The notes beneath the pieces are model-generated. The model worked only from the letters and a program-made list of their open reading frames with translations. It was not told where the DNA came from and did no database searches. The translations under genes and the position numbers were made by a program. From an uncultured Clostridia bacterium (GTDB lineage: Bacteria; Bacillota; Clostridia; Oscillospirales; JAAYOS01): 62,135 nt of DNA. Numbering within the stretch: position 1 is the stretch's first letter; each line of letters opens with the position of its first letter. Where the stretch lies: contig CALXFK010000091.1 in NCBI GenBank assembly GCA_944387575.1, positions 1 to 62,135 on the forward strand. Direction: 5' to 3'. Shown piece after piece: positions 46,347 through 56,966 of this stretch.

Positions 46347-46796
46347 ATGAACAGAACGGTTGCGCGGGAGGCTGCGCTCTGCTGCGTGTTTGGTCTCATC
46401 TTTGGAGAGAGACCGGTGGAGGCGATTGAGCAGCGTATTTCGGACGAGGGACTAGAGCTGCTCGGAGAGCAGAGCGGGTTATACAGTGGCGCTCCGGATG
46501 AGAAGAACGCGGAATATATCCGTACTGTCGCGCTCGGAGTGAGTGGGAAGTTGGACGAGCTCGACGCGTACATTGCGAAGTATGCGACCGGGTGGAATGT
46601 GAGACGGATTTCTCGGGTGTGCAAGGCGGTCATGCGCCTGTGCATATACGAGATACTGTATCTTCCGGACATTCCTGCAAAAGTTTCGATAAACGAGGCG
46701 GTGGAGCTCACCCGCAAATATGAAAACGAGGAGATAACCGCTTTCTTAAATGGCGTGCTCGGCGGATTCATGCGCGGGGAGAAGATAGAAAAGTGA
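46347..46796 (+). CDS. nusB: Transcription antitermination factor NusB
   Basis: MNRTVARE, LRLxxYE-like VMRLCIYEI, VSINEAVEL, FLNGVLG. Confidence 0.93.
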   Translation: MNRTVAREAALCCVFGLIFGERPVEAIEQRISDEGLELLGEQSGLYSGAPDEKNAEYIRTVALGVSGKLDELDAYIAKYATGWNVRRISRVCKAVMRLCIYEILYLPDIPAKVSINEAVELTRKYENEEITAFLNGVLGGFMRGEKIEK

Positions 46797-47752
46797 GCCT
46801 CTTCATAGGGTTTGATACGTCCAACTACACGACCTCCGCAGCCGTGTACGATTCCGCGACCGGAAGGGCGTATTCGTCGAAGCGTCTGCTCGACGTTCGG
46901 GCAGGCGAGCTCGGGCTTCGTCAGAGCGATGCGCTATTCGCGCATACGAAGCGGCTTCCCGAGATAGTGTCGCGGCTTATGGATATGTACGGCGGAGGAG
47001 TTGTCTCCGCCGTCTGTGCGTCGACCCGTCCTCGTGCGGAGAAGGGGTCGTACATGCCATGTTTTCTTGCGGGCGAAGGCGTTGCGCGGGTGCTTGCCGC
47101 GGTAAACTCGGTCCCGTTTTACGAATGTTCGCACCAGCAGGGGCATCTTGCGGCGGCTGCCTGGTCGTCCGGACACCCCGAGCTTATCGAAGATGAGCTG
47201 CTTGCGTTCCACCTGTCCGGAGGCACGACCGAACTTCTATACGTGAAACCGGGGGAGAACGGGCTTCCGGTTTGCCGGAGGATAGGCGGCAGCACCGACA
47301 TCTCCGCAGGTCAGGCTATCGACAGGTGCGGGGTGATGCTTGGTCTCGGTTTTCCCGCCGGTGCGAAGCTCGACGAGATCGCGTGCACTGCGCCGCCGGT
47401 GAAAGGATTTTTGTCAAAGCAGCGCGGGCTCGAGTTCTCGCTTTCCGGACTGGAAAACAAGTGCCGGGCAATGCAGGATGCGGGAGAACCGCCGGAAAAG
47501 ACTGCACGATTCATTGTGGAGTCGGTGATGCTTGCAGTGTTCTCCTGCGTTGAAGCGGCGCAGAAGGAGTTTGGAGGACTTCCGCTGCTGCTTATGGGCG
47601 GAGTAGCTTCCAACTCGCTTCTCAGAGCGGAAGCGGAAAAACGGTTTGGCGCTGTCACCGCGCCGGCGGAATATTCGTCGGACAATGCCGTTGGGGCAGC
47701 GCTGCTCGCGGCGAGGCAGAGCGGCGAGAGGTGGTGTATTTGCAGTGAGTGA
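46793..47752 (+). CDS. TsaD/Kae1-like ASKHA-fold protein (probable paralogue of canonical TsaD)
   Basis: GFDTSNYTTS, HQQGH, LSGGTT, DISAGQAIDR, FSLSG, GGVASN, SDNA. Confidence 0.8.
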   Translation: MSLFIGFDTSNYTTSAAVYDSATGRAYSSKRLLDVRAGELGLRQSDALFAHTKRLPEIVSRLMDMYGGGVVSAVCASTRPRAEKGSYMPCFLAGEGVARVLAAVNSVPFYECSHQQGHLAAAAWSSGHPELIEDELLAFHLSGGTTELLYVKPGENGLPVCRRIGGSTDISAGQAIDRCGVMLGLGFPAGAKLDEIACTAPPVKGFLSKQRGLEFSLSGLENKCRAMQDAGEPPEKTARFIVESVMLAVFSCVEAAQKEFGGLPLLLMGGVASNSLLRAEAEKRFGAVTAPAEYSSDNAVGAALLAARQSGERWCICSE

Positions 47753-48992
47753 GACAATTCTAAGCGTATCCGAGATAACAAAAAGGATACAGCAGCGCAT
47801 TGAGTCGGAGCCTTCGTTTTCCGATGTCTGCGTCCGCGGCGAGATCTCAAATTACAAGGAATATCCGCCGGGAAACCGCTTTTTTTCACTCAAGGACGGC
47901 GAGAGCGTGCTTCGCGGAGTGATGTTTAAGCGCGAAGCCATGCGCCTGAAATTCAACCCAGAAAACGGAATGAAAGTACTCGTCTACGGGCGTATAAACG
48001 TCTATCCGCGCGATGGTCAGTACCGCATAATCGCCCAGCGAATGACTCCTGACGGGGTGGGCGAACTCTATGTGGCGTTCGAGCAGCTCAAGCGTAAGCT
48101 CGGCGCTATGGGGTATTTTGAGCCAGGGCGCAAGAGACCACTCCCGAGATATCCGCAGCGGATATGTATAATCACATCACCAGCAGGCGCCGCAATACGG
48201 GATATGCTGCGCATATTGAAAAAGCGCTGGCCGCTTGCGGAAGTAAATCTGCTGCCGGTGCGTGTCCAGGGTGCGGAAGCGCCGGGCGAGATAGCAGCGG
48301 CAATCGAGTATGCGTGCAGGCATGGGCTCGGCGAGTTTATCATAACCGGGCGCGGCGGAGGTTCTGCGGAGGACCTATGGGCGTTCAACGATGAACGGGT
48401 GGCGCGCGCAATATATGAATCTACGCTTCCGGTGGTGTCCGCAGTCGGTCACGAGCCGGACTTCACAATATCAGACTTTGTGGCGGATCTCCGCGCGGCG
48501 ACACCGTCGAACGCCGCAGAGCTGTGCGTTCCGGACCAGGAGGAGCTTGCGCGGAGGCTTGCAAAGCTCGACGCATCGATGCGTAGCGCGGTGACAGGTA
48601 CGCTTCGCCTCGCGCGCAGACGGTTCATGTCGGTGGCGTCACGACCGGTCATGACCTCGCCGGAGGTTTATGTCCGCGAGCGGCGGCAGAGGCTTGCGGC
48701 GGCGGAGGCGCTGATGTCAAGTTCGATAGAGCGGGCGCTCGCAGCCGGAAAGGCGAACGTGGCACGTATTGCGGCGTCGCTCGACGCGCTGAGCCCGCTT
48801 CGCGTGCTTGCGCGAGGTTATGCGGTGGCTACGGCGGAGGACGGCAAGGTCATTCGTTCGCCGGCGGACACTGAACCGGGCGCCAGACTCATGCTGAGGC
48901 TCGCGGAGGGTTCGCTGAATGTCAGGGTGGAAGATACATCTGACGCATCTGATACCGATGAACCAATACCTGAGCAGCTCGAACTGCGATAG
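47745..48992 (+). CDS. xseA: Exodeoxyribonuclease VII large subunit
   Basis: VRGEISN, RGGGSAEDLWAFNDE, SAVGHEPD, ATPSNAAE, LARGY. Confidence 0.96.
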   Translation: MSETILSVSEITKRIQQRIESEPSFSDVCVRGEISNYKEYPPGNRFFSLKDGESVLRGVMFKREAMRLKFNPENGMKVLVYGRINVYPRDGQYRIIAQRMTPDGVGELYVAFEQLKRKLGAMGYFEPGRKRPLPRYPQRICIITSPAGAAIRDMLRILKKRWPLAEVNLLPVRVQGAEAPGEIAAAIEYACRHGLGEFIITGRGGGSAEDLWAFNDERVARAIYESTLPVVSAVGHEPDFTISDFVADLRAATPSNAAELCVPDQEELARRLAKLDASMRSAVTGTLRLARRRFMSVASRPVMTSPEVYVRERRQRLAAAEALMSSSIERALAAGKANVARIAASLDALSPLRVLARGYAVATAEDGKVIRSPADTEPGARLMLRLAEGSLNVRVEDTSDASDTDEPIPEQLELR

Positions 48993-49003
48993 GGAGGAAA
49001 AAT

Positions 49004-49228
49004 ATGAGCGAAGAAAAAAAGGTCACTTTCGAACTCGCGATGGCCAGGCTTGAGGAGATCGCAAAGCTGCTTGAGCGGGGTGACAAGCCGATAGAAGAAG
49101 CGCTTGCACTTTATGAGGAGGGGGCGAAGCTCCTGAAATATTGCAGCAGGGTCCTGGAGAAGGCGGAGCAGAAGGTCACGCTGTTAACCGGAAATTCCGA
49201 GCCGGAGGGTACCCAGTTTGATGTATAA
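49004..49228 (+). CDS. xseB: Exodeoxyribonuclease VII small subunit
   Basis: TFELAMARLEEIAKLLE, LYEEG, LEKAEQKV. Confidence 0.93.
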   Translation: MSEEKKVTFELAMARLEEIAKLLERGDKPIEEALALYEEGAKLLKYCSRVLEKAEQKVTLLTGNSEPEGTQFDV

Positions 49229-50129
49229 CGGCAATTTTGACTTTGACGGCGGCGCGCGGTTGGAAAAGCGTGCGCGTGAAATAGATTCGGTGCTTGCTGC
49301 ACTTCCCTTTCTCGGGGAGAGCGGGGAGATCGCGAGGCTCTTTGAGGCGATGCGTTATAGTTTGCTCGGTGGTGGGAAACGTATTCGCCCCGTCCTGCTG
49401 CTCGAATTTTGTGAACTGTTCGGTGGGAGGACCGAGGATGCGCTGCCATTTGCGTGCGCGTTAGAAATGATACACACGTATTCTTTGATACACGATGACC
49501 TCCCGTGCATGGATAACGACGACCTGCGCCGTGGGCGTCCGACCTCTCACGTTGTATTCGGGGAGGCAGGTGCTACGCTCGCTGGTGATGCGCTGCTGAA
49601 CGGAGCCTACGAGGTTATGTTGGAAGCTGTCGTATCGGCGGAGGATCCGCGTCGGATGGCAAAGGCGGCGGAGACTATCGCTCGCGCAGCCGGTGCCTAC
49701 GGCATGGTCGGCGGGCAGACGCTTGACATGGAAAACGAGACATCGAGCCCGGACGAGAGCAGGCTCCGGCGCACCGACGCCCTGAAAACAGGGGCGCTCT
49801 TTTATGCTGCCTGCACGGCGGGCGCAATCGTCGCGGGCGCAGATGAGCGTGGGGTTGCGGCGGCGGCTGAATACGCCGAGAAGATGGGGCTTGCATTCCA
49901 GATAGTGGACGATGTCCTGGACGTGACCTCTTCCGAGGCGGAACTCGGAAAAACGATAGGTTCGGACACCGCGTCCGGCAAGCGGACATATGTTGACTTC
50001 CGCGGTGTTGACGGCTGCCGCGCACTTGCTCTCGAGCTGTCGGAGCGGGCGGCTGAGGCGGTAGGAACGATCAAGGGATCGGAGTTCCTTGTATGGCTTG
50101 CGCGCAGTCTCGCCCAGAGGGTCAAATAG
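49218..50129 (+). CDS. ispA: Geranyltranstransferase / farnesyl diphosphate synthase
   Basis: GGKRIRP, SLIHDDLPCMDNDDLRRG, GGQTLD, FQIVDDVLD. Confidence 0.95.
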   Translation: MMYNGNFDFDGGARLEKRAREIDSVLAALPFLGESGEIARLFEAMRYSLLGGGKRIRPVLLLEFCELFGGRTEDALPFACALEMIHTYSLIHDDLPCMDNDDLRRGRPTSHVVFGEAGATLAGDALLNGAYEVMLEAVVSAEDPRRMAKAAETIARAAGAYGMVGGQTLDMENETSSPDESRLRRTDALKTGALFYAACTAGAIVAGADERGVAAAAEYAEKMGLAFQIVDDVLDVTSSEAELGKTIGSDTASGKRTYVDFRGVDGCRALALELSERAAEAVGTIKGSEFLVWLARSLAQRVK

Positions 50130-50131
50130 AC

Positions 50132-51976
50132 ATGAAGTATCTCGGAAAGGTAAACGGCAGAGATGATATATCCCGGCTAAGCTACTCGGAGCTGGAGGAG
50201 CTATGTGCCGAGATACGCTCGGAAATCATAGACTCGGTCTCACGTACCGGAGGGCACCTCGCGTCAAGTCTTGGCGTGGTGGAGCTTACGGTCGCGCTTC
50301 ACCGGGTCTTCGACGCATACAGCGACCGGATAATCTTTGACGTTGGGCATCAGTCATACGCTCACAAGCTGCTCACCGGACGCTACGAGAAGTTCGGGAC
50401 GCTGAGGGAGTACGGCGGGATCGGCGGGTTCCCAGACCCGTCCGAGAGTAAAGCAGACCCATTCAGGACCGGTCATTCCTCAACTTCGGTCTCGGCTGCG
50501 CTTGGTATGGCGCGTGCACGGACGCTTTCAGGGGACGGGTACAGTGTTGTTGCGGTCATCGGAGACGGTGCGCTCACCGGAGGTATGGCGTACGAGGCAC
50601 TTGCCGACGCGGGTCAGTCGCGCGAGCCGGTCATAGTTATACTCAATGACAATGAGATGTCGATAGATCGCAGTGCAGGAGGGGTAGAGCGGCTGCTCAG
50701 TGACCTGCGCATGCGTCCTGGGTATACACGTCTCAAACGGAAAATACGTGGAGTTACCGGCGAAAAAGGCTTGTTTTACAACTTTATACACCGGACAAAG
50801 GACTTTATTAAGCGTATACTGCTCGAAAACAATATTTTTGAGGCGCTTGGGTTCACATACCTCGGACCGGTCGACGGACACAATCTGTCGCGTCTTTGCA
50901 GCATCTTTGAAAGCGCGCGCAATTACGACGGTCCTGTACTTATACATGTTCTTACAAAAAAAGGAAAAGGATACAAGTTTGCGGAGGAGGACCCGGTGAG
51001 CTTCCACGGAATAGCATCCGGGTTGGACGTCGCAAGCGGTCAGCTTCCCGTTCTCGGGAGTGGGTACTCGATGCGCTTTGGGCAGGCGCTCTGCCGGATG
51101 GCTGAGGGGGATCCGAGACTCTGTGCGATAACCGCGGCGATGCGCTGCGGGACCGGGCTTGACACGTTTGCTGAACGGTTCCCGAACCGCTTTTTTGACG
51201 TAGGGATAGCGGAGGAGCACGCCGCTACGATGGCGGCTGGGCTTGCGAGCTGCGGAATGCTTCCGGTGTTCGCCGTCTATTCCACATTTGCACAGCGATG
51301 CTACGACATGATGCTTCACGACATTGCACTACAGAAACTGCACGTCGTATTTGCGATAGACCGGGGCGGACTTGTGGGGTCGGACGGTGCTACCCATCAG
51401 GGAATATTCGATATTTCTTTTCTTTCGAGCATACCAGGAATGCGAGTGTATGCGCCGTCAAGCCTTGCAGAGCTTGAGGAGATGCTCAAAACCGCCATCT
51501 ATGAGGACGAGGGACCTGTGGCGCTTAGGTACCCGCGCGGAGGAGAGCGCCGGTGGACCGGGATGGCGTGTGGCGCAGCAGAGGTGATCCGGTGTGGTTC
51601 GGACGTCACAGTGGTGAGTTACGGCGACATGATAAATGAGGTCCTCGACGCATGCGACCTGTTGAGCGGAGTGGAGCCTGAGGTGATAAAGCTCGGGGTT
51701 GTGTGCCCGATCGATTGCAGCTCGGTTATCGAGTCGGTAAAGCGGACGGGAGCCCTCGTCGTGGCGGAGGATTGCGTGAAAAACGGGTCGGTAGGTGTGA
51801 CAATCGCGGCGGCTCTCGCCGAAGCAGGAGTAGATGCCGAGACAAGGCTCATAAACCTTGGCAACCGTTTTATTCCGCATGGGTCGGTGCGGCGTCTCAT
51901 GCAGGAATATCACATCGACGCAGCGGCGATAGCGGATGCAATTGGGGAGGTCGTGCGTGGAAAAGCAGAGGCTTGA
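50132..51976 (+). CDS. dxs: 1-deoxy-D-xylulose-5-phosphate synthase
   Basis: GGHLASSLG, DVGHQSY, GDGALTGG, DVGIAEEHA, DGATHQG. Confidence 0.97.
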   Translation: MKYLGKVNGRDDISRLSYSELEELCAEIRSEIIDSVSRTGGHLASSLGVVELTVALHRVFDAYSDRIIFDVGHQSYAHKLLTGRYEKFGTLREYGGIGGFPDPSESKADPFRTGHSSTSVSAALGMARARTLSGDGYSVVAVIGDGALTGGMAYEALADAGQSREPVIVILNDNEMSIDRSAGGVERLLSDLRMRPGYTRLKRKIRGVTGEKGLFYNFIHRTKDFIKRILLENNIFEALGFTYLGPVDGHNLSRLCSIFESARNYDGPVLIHVLTKKGKGYKFAEEDPVSFHGIASGLDVASGQLPVLGSGYSMRFGQALCRMAEGDPRLCAITAAMRCGTGLDTFAERFPNRFFDVGIAEEHAATMAAGLASCGMLPVFAVYSTFAQRCYDMMLHDIALQKLHVVFAIDRGGLVGSDGATHQGIFDISFLSSIPGMRVYAPSSLAELEEMLKTAIYEDEGPVALRYPRGGERRWTGMACGAAEVIRCGSDVTVVSYGDMINEVLDACDLLSGVEPEVIKLGVVCPIDCSSVIESVKRTGALVVAEDCVKNGSVGVTIAAALAEAGVDAETRLINLGNRFIPHGSVRRLMQEYHIDAAAIADAIGEVVRGKAEA

Positions 51977-52760
51977 CAGGCTGCTTGTGGAAAAAGGTCT
52001 TGCAGAGAGCCGGGAGCGTGCGAAATATGCCATCGCGTCAGGTATCGTGTATGTTGATGGGCGACGTGCGGAAAAGCCGGGCGCGACCTATTTTGAGAAC
52101 GCGACGGTAGAGATTCGCGGTGAGACACTCAGGTATGTTAGCCGAGGCGGGCTGAAGCTTGAGAAGGCGCTGGAAGTGTTTTCTCTCGACTTGTCCGGAG
52201 TTATTGCGATAGATGTCGGCGCGTCCACCGGTGGATTTACCGACTGTATGCTCCAGAATGGTGCGGAGCATGTATATTCTGTGGATGTGGGGCGTGACCA
52301 GCTTGCGGCGAAGCTGCGCAGCGACCCGCGTGTGACCGTGATGGAGGACACCGACATTCGAAAAGTTCTGCCTGAACAATTTGAAAAGCGCCCCGGATTT
52401 GCGACTATCGATGTCTCTTTTATATCTCTTTCGCTGATACTGCCCCAGGTGAGCCGCATTCTGACCGAAGATGGGTATGCGGTCGCGCTGGTCAAGCCTC
52501 AGTTCGAAGCCGGGCGTGAACGTGTAGGAAAGAACGGGATAGTGCGGAAACCGGAGATCCACGTTGATGTTCTGCGTGCATTTACGCAAAATGCCGAGAA
52601 TGCTGGATTTGTGGTCGCAGGACTTGATTACTCCCCGGTCACCGGTGGAGACGGGAACATCGAGTATATTGCAATGCTGACAAAGTCGGGCGGATCACGC
52701 ACGGTTGATATCATTGAAACGGTGCGTTTGGCGCATGCCTCGCTCGGAAGGGAACACTGA
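51957..52760 (+). CDS. tlyA: TlyA family rRNA 2'-O-methyltransferase
   Basis: S4 domain, YVSRGGLKL, DVGASTGGFTD, DVSFISL, VKPQFE, GNIEY. Confidence 0.95.
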   Translation: MEKQRLDRLLVEKGLAESRERAKYAIASGIVYVDGRRAEKPGATYFENATVEIRGETLRYVSRGGLKLEKALEVFSLDLSGVIAIDVGASTGGFTDCMLQNGAEHVYSVDVGRDQLAAKLRSDPRVTVMEDTDIRKVLPEQFEKRPGFATIDVSFISLSLILPQVSRILTEDGYAVALVKPQFEAGRERVGKNGIVRKPEIHVDVLRAFTQNAENAGFVVAGLDYSPVTGGDGNIEYIAMLTKSGGSRTVDIIETVRLAHASLGREH

Positions 52761-52761
52761 T

Positions 52762-53568
52762 ATGTTCGGAAAAGTTCTTATATATACAAATCCTACTCGC
52801 GATTCTGATGGCGCAATAACCGCGCGAGTGGAGGGATACCTGAAAAAGAACGGAGTTATGACCGTTACGTACAGTGATGGGTCGGAATTCGCACAGGACT
52901 GTACTGTTATAGTGGCAATCGGAGGGGACGGGACGATACTGCGCGCCGCGTCGATAAGCGGCGGGCGTCCGGTTCTCGGAATAAATGCGGGGTCTATCGG
53001 GTTTATGACCGCGTTTGACGCGGATGAGTGCGAGAGCAGGCTCGGTGAGGTGCTCGAGGGGCGGTACAATGTAAGCGAGCACATGTTGCTCGATGTCGAG
53101 GTCCTGCGTGGCGGTAGGAGGATAATCGGGGCGACAGTGCTGAACGACGCAGTTGTGACCGGGAGGCATGTTGCAAAGACGGTGACCCTCGATTTTTTGA
53201 ACGACGGGAGTTATATGGCGCGGGTACGTGGTGACGGACTTATAGCAGCGACCCCGACGGGGTCCACCGCATATTCGATGTCGGCGGGTGGACCGGTGGT
53301 AGACCCGGCGCTGGAGGCGATAATCCTTACACCGGTGTGTGCGCACAATGTGAGTGCACCTTCGTTTGTTCTCGCCTCATCGAGTGTGGCGTGTATACGC
53401 TGCATTAGCGAGGAGGGTCTGCTGATAACAGACGGTATACAGCGGTTCGAGCTTTGTGCGGGGGACGAGGTAGTCGTGCGAAAATCCGACAAATCGTGTC
53501 GCCTTGTGCGCTTGCAAAAATATAGCTTTTATGACATAATAAATAAGAAACTTTTTGACGGGAGATGA
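52762..53568 (+). CDS. nadK: NAD kinase
   Basis: GGDGT, GINAGSIGF, LND, DGLIAATPTGSTAYSMSAGGP. Confidence 0.95.
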   Translation: MFGKVLIYTNPTRDSDGAITARVEGYLKKNGVMTVTYSDGSEFAQDCTVIVAIGGDGTILRAASISGGRPVLGINAGSIGFMTAFDADECESRLGEVLEGRYNVSEHMLLDVEVLRGGRRIIGATVLNDAVVTGRHVAKTVTLDFLNDGSYMARVRGDGLIAATPTGSTAYSMSAGGPVVDPALEAIILTPVCAHNVSAPSFVLASSSVACIRCISEEGLLITDGIQRFELCAGDEVVVRKSDKSCRLVRLQKYSFYDIINKKLFDGR

Positions 53569-53572
53569 AACG

Positions 53573-54025
53573 ATGAAGAGTCTACGGCACGACAAAATAC
53601 TCGAAATAATTTCCGCAAAAAACGTCGAGACACAGGAGGAGCTGCTCGATGAGTTGAAGGAAATCGGTATAGTCGCGACGCAGGCAACAATTTCGAGAGA
53701 CATAAAAGAGCTCCGTCTACAAAAAACTCTTGCGCCGGACGGAGGATATCGATACTCAGCGCCGGTGCGTACAAGCGAAACGGGTATCGATTCGCGCCTG
53801 CAAACAATATTTTGTGAGAGCGTGACTTCGGTGGATTCGGCTGGGAATATGGTCGTTATAAAGACGTTGCCCGGTCTTGCGAACGCCGCCTGCTCCGCGG
53901 TGGACTCGATGGCGCTCGATTATGTGCTCGGAACGCTGGCGGGCGATGACACCGGAATAATAATTGTGCGCGAGGAGCGGTATGCAGATACGCTGAGGGA
54001 GAAGTTCCTGCAGCTTATGAAGTAA
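53573..54025 (+). CDS. argR: Arginine repressor
   Basis: TQEEL, TQATISRDIKEL, KTLPGLA, GTLAGDDT. Confidence 0.96.
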   Translation: MKSLRHDKILEIISAKNVETQEELLDELKEIGIVATQATISRDIKELRLQKTLAPDGGYRYSAPVRTSETGIDSRLQTIFCESVTSVDSAGNMVVIKTLPGLANAACSAVDSMALDYVLGTLAGDDTGIIIVREERYADTLREKFLQLMK

Positions 54026-54039
54026 AGCAGGGGGGTACC

Positions 54040-55722
54040 ATGCTTTCGGTTCTTCACATTGAAAATGTTGCTGTGGTCGAGCGTGCGGACGTAGAGTTTG
54101 AAGCGAGACTGAGCGTGCTTACCGGCGAGACAGGAGCGGGAAAGTCGATAGTTATTGACTCAATAAACGCGGTGCTAGGTATGCGCATGTCGCGTGACAT
54201 AGTCCGTACAGGCGAGCGGGCAGCGTTCGTGTCCGCGATGTTCTCACCGGTGGGCGGAGCTGTGCTCGGGTGGCTTGAACATAACGGATATGAGGCTCCG
54301 GACGGCGAGCTGCTGATAACGCGGCAGATAAGCGTGGACGGGCGGAACGTCTGCCGTATAGGAGGGAACCCGGTCACGGTGGCGATGCTGCGGGAGCTCG
54401 GTTCGCTGCTAGTGAATATACACGGTCAGCATGACAGCCAGCAGCTCCTCGACGAGAGCACTCACCTTGCAAGTCTTGACAGCTTTGCGGGTGACGCAGA
54501 GGCGCTGGATGATTATTCGGAGAAGTACCGCAACCTGCTTGAGATACGCTCGAAAATACAAAAGCTGAGTATAGATGCGGAGGAGCGTACTCGCCGTGTG
54601 GACGAGCTCTCGCGCATAGTTGAGGAGATAGAGTCTGCTGGGCTTGAGCCCGGGGAGGAGGAGGAACTGACCGAGAGGTCGAAGTTTCTCAGGAATGCGG
54701 GACGTATAACCTCCGCGATTGAGGCGGCGTACGCCGCTTTGCACGGAGATGAGGAGAGCAGAGGTGCGTGCGAGATTATAAGCTCGGCGGTCGAGGAGAT
54801 AGGGTATATAGACGACACTTCGGAGCGGCTTCGTGCAATATCCTCACGGCTTAGGGAGCTCCAATACGGTGCGGACGATGTAGCGGAAGAGCTGCGGGAC
54901 ATGATGATCGGGTTTGACTTTTCGGAGGAGGAGACCGACCGGGTCGAGGAGCGGCTCAACACGATTTTCCGGCTTGAGCGGAGATACGGTGCGACGATAC
55001 CGGAGGTGCTGAAAACCCTTGAGCGCAGCCGTGAGGAGCTTGGAGAGCTTGAGGGGTCGGATGACGCGGTAATAGAACTGAAAAAGCGGGAGACGGCGGC
55101 GCTCGGCGAGGTGGAAAAGGCGGCGGCAGAGCTGTCGCGGATTCGCAAAACCGCTGCGCTCGAGCTTGAACACCGCATCTGCGAAGAGCTTGCAACGCTT
55201 GATATGAAGGCGGTTTTCAAGGTGGAAATTTCGCAGACCGACTTATCTGCGAAGGGATGGGACACGGTGAGGTTCCTTCTCTCGGCGAATGCAGGGGAAG
55301 AGGCGCGCAGCCTGTCCAGGATAGCGTCCGGAGGCGAGCTTGCACGGATAATGCTTGCGATGAAGAGCGTGCTTGCGGAGAGCGACGATGTGGGTACGTT
55401 GATTTTTGACGAGGTGGATGCCGGCGTCAGCGGTCGTGCAGCGCAGAGGGTAGCCGAAAAACTGGCGGCGCTCGGTCGCAGACGGCAGGTGCTGTGCGTG
55501 TCGCATCTGCCGCAGCTTGCGGCGATGGCGGACAACCACTTTCTAATTGAAAAGCGTGAGCAGGACGGCAGAACCTTTACGTCGGTTACCGCGCTTGACA
55601 TGCAGGGGCGTGTCGATGAGATTTCACGGATAATCGGCGGTTCAAATATAACTCAAACAACTCAAAAAAGCGCGGCAGAACTGATAAGCGCCGCAGAAAA
55701 ATATAAGGAGACGTTAATATGA
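54040..55722 (+). CDS. recN: DNA repair protein RecN
   Basis: TGETGAGKS, IHGQH, ASGGELAR, IFDEVDAGVSG, SHLPQ. Confidence 0.96.
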   Translation: MLSVLHIENVAVVERADVEFEARLSVLTGETGAGKSIVIDSINAVLGMRMSRDIVRTGERAAFVSAMFSPVGGAVLGWLEHNGYEAPDGELLITRQISVDGRNVCRIGGNPVTVAMLRELGSLLVNIHGQHDSQQLLDESTHLASLDSFAGDAEALDDYSEKYRNLLEIRSKIQKLSIDAEERTRRVDELSRIVEEIESAGLEPGEEEELTERSKFLRNAGRITSAIEAAYAALHGDEESRGACEIISSAVEEIGYIDDTSERLRAISSRLRELQYGADDVAEELRDMMIGFDFSEEETDRVEERLNTIFRLERRYGATIPEVLKTLERSREELGELEGSDDAVIELKKRETAALGEVEKAAAELSRIRKTAALELEHRICEELATLDMKAVFKVEISQTDLSAKGWDTVRFLLSANAGEEARSLSRIASGGELARIMLAMKSVLAESDDVGTLIFDEVDAGVSGRAAQRVAEKLAALGRRRQVLCVSHLPQLAAMADNHFLIEKREQDGRTFTSVTALDMQGRVDEISRIIGGSNITQTTQKSAAELISAAEKYKETLI

Positions 55723-56942
55723 CAGTTTTTGAAGAGCTGAAAGCGAGAGGATTGCTCGCCCAGTGTACGAACGAGGAGGAGGTCAAGCGCCTCATAGACA
55801 ACGGCGAGGCAATTTTCTATATCGGGTTCGACCCCACCGCAGACAGCCTCCATGTCGGACATCTCATGCAGCTCATCATCATGCGCCACCTTCAGCGCGC
55901 TGGCAATAAGGCGATAGCACTGCTCGGCGGCGGAACAGCAATGGTGGGTGATCCGTCAGGGCGCACCGATATGCGTTCAATGATGACTCAGGAGACGATA
56001 CAGAACAATATAGCGAAGTTCCGCGTGCAGATGTCCAAAATAGTGGATTTCACAAACGATCGCGCCATAATGGTGGACAACGCCGACTGGTTGCTGAAGC
56101 TGAACTATGTCGAGTTCCTGCGCGACATCGGCGTACATTTCTCGGTCAACCGGATGCTCACCGCCGAGTGCGTCAAGAGCAGGCTCGAGCGCGGGCTCAC
56201 CTTCCTTGAGTTTAACTACATGCTCATGCAGGGCTACGACTACTACGTACTCAATCAGCGCTACGGCGCAAATATCCAGAGCGGAGGCGACGACCAGTGG
56301 TCGAACATCCTCGCGGGTACCGACCTCATCCGCCGCAAGACAGGCAGGGATGTACATGGTGTCACGTTTGCGCTGCTGCTCACCTCAGAGGGCAAGAAAA
56401 TGGGCAAGACGATGGGCGGAGCGGTCTGGCTCGACCCGGAGAAGACCAGTCCGTATGAGTTCTATCAGTACTGGAGAAATATTGACGACGCGGACGTTAT
56501 AAGGACGATGAAGATGGTAACATACGTCCCGCTCGAGGAGATCGCGACGTTCGAGGGTCTCAGCGGCGCCGAGCTCAATCCGGTCAAGGCGCGTCTTGCG
56601 TTTGAGGTGACGAAGATCGTTCACGGTGAAGAGGAAGCCAAAAAGGCTCAGGACGCTGCGACCGGCGTGTTCAGCGCGGGTGCTGCGGAGAATATGCCGA
56701 CAGTCGAGCTGCCTCAGGATGCCTTTACCGATGGAAAAATATCGGTCGGAGATCTGCTCGTCCGCGCACAGCTTGCGGCATCCAAGGGCGAGGCGCGCAG
56801 GCTTGTTGACCAGGGCGGTGTTGTAGTCGGGGACGGCAAGGTAACGAGTGCCACGGCGCAGTTCGAGAGTTCTCTCTTTGCGGGCGACGGAGTTATAGTA
56901 CGTAAAGGAAAGAAAGGTTTCAAACGGGTAATTCTTGCCTGA
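55719..56942 (+). CDS. tyrS: Tyrosine-tRNA ligase
   Basis: YIGFDPTADSLHVGH, QSGGDDQW, KMGKT, C-terminal S4 domain. Confidence 0.97.
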   Translation: MTVFEELKARGLLAQCTNEEEVKRLIDNGEAIFYIGFDPTADSLHVGHLMQLIIMRHLQRAGNKAIALLGGGTAMVGDPSGRTDMRSMMTQETIQNNIAKFRVQMSKIVDFTNDRAIMVDNADWLLKLNYVEFLRDIGVHFSVNRMLTAECVKSRLERGLTFLEFNYMLMQGYDYYVLNQRYGANIQSGGDDQWSNILAGTDLIRRKTGRDVHGVTFALLLTSEGKKMGKTMGGAVWLDPEKTSPYEFYQYWRNIDDADVIRTMKMVTYVPLEEIATFEGLSGAELNPVKARLAFEVTKIVHGEEEAKKAQDAATGVFSAGAAENMPTVELPQDAFTDGKISVGDLLVRAQLAASKGEARRLVDQGGVVVGDGKVTSATAQFESSLFAGDGVIVRKGKKGFKRVILA

Positions 56943-56966
56943 AGCGCTTACAATTCAGTAAAATTG

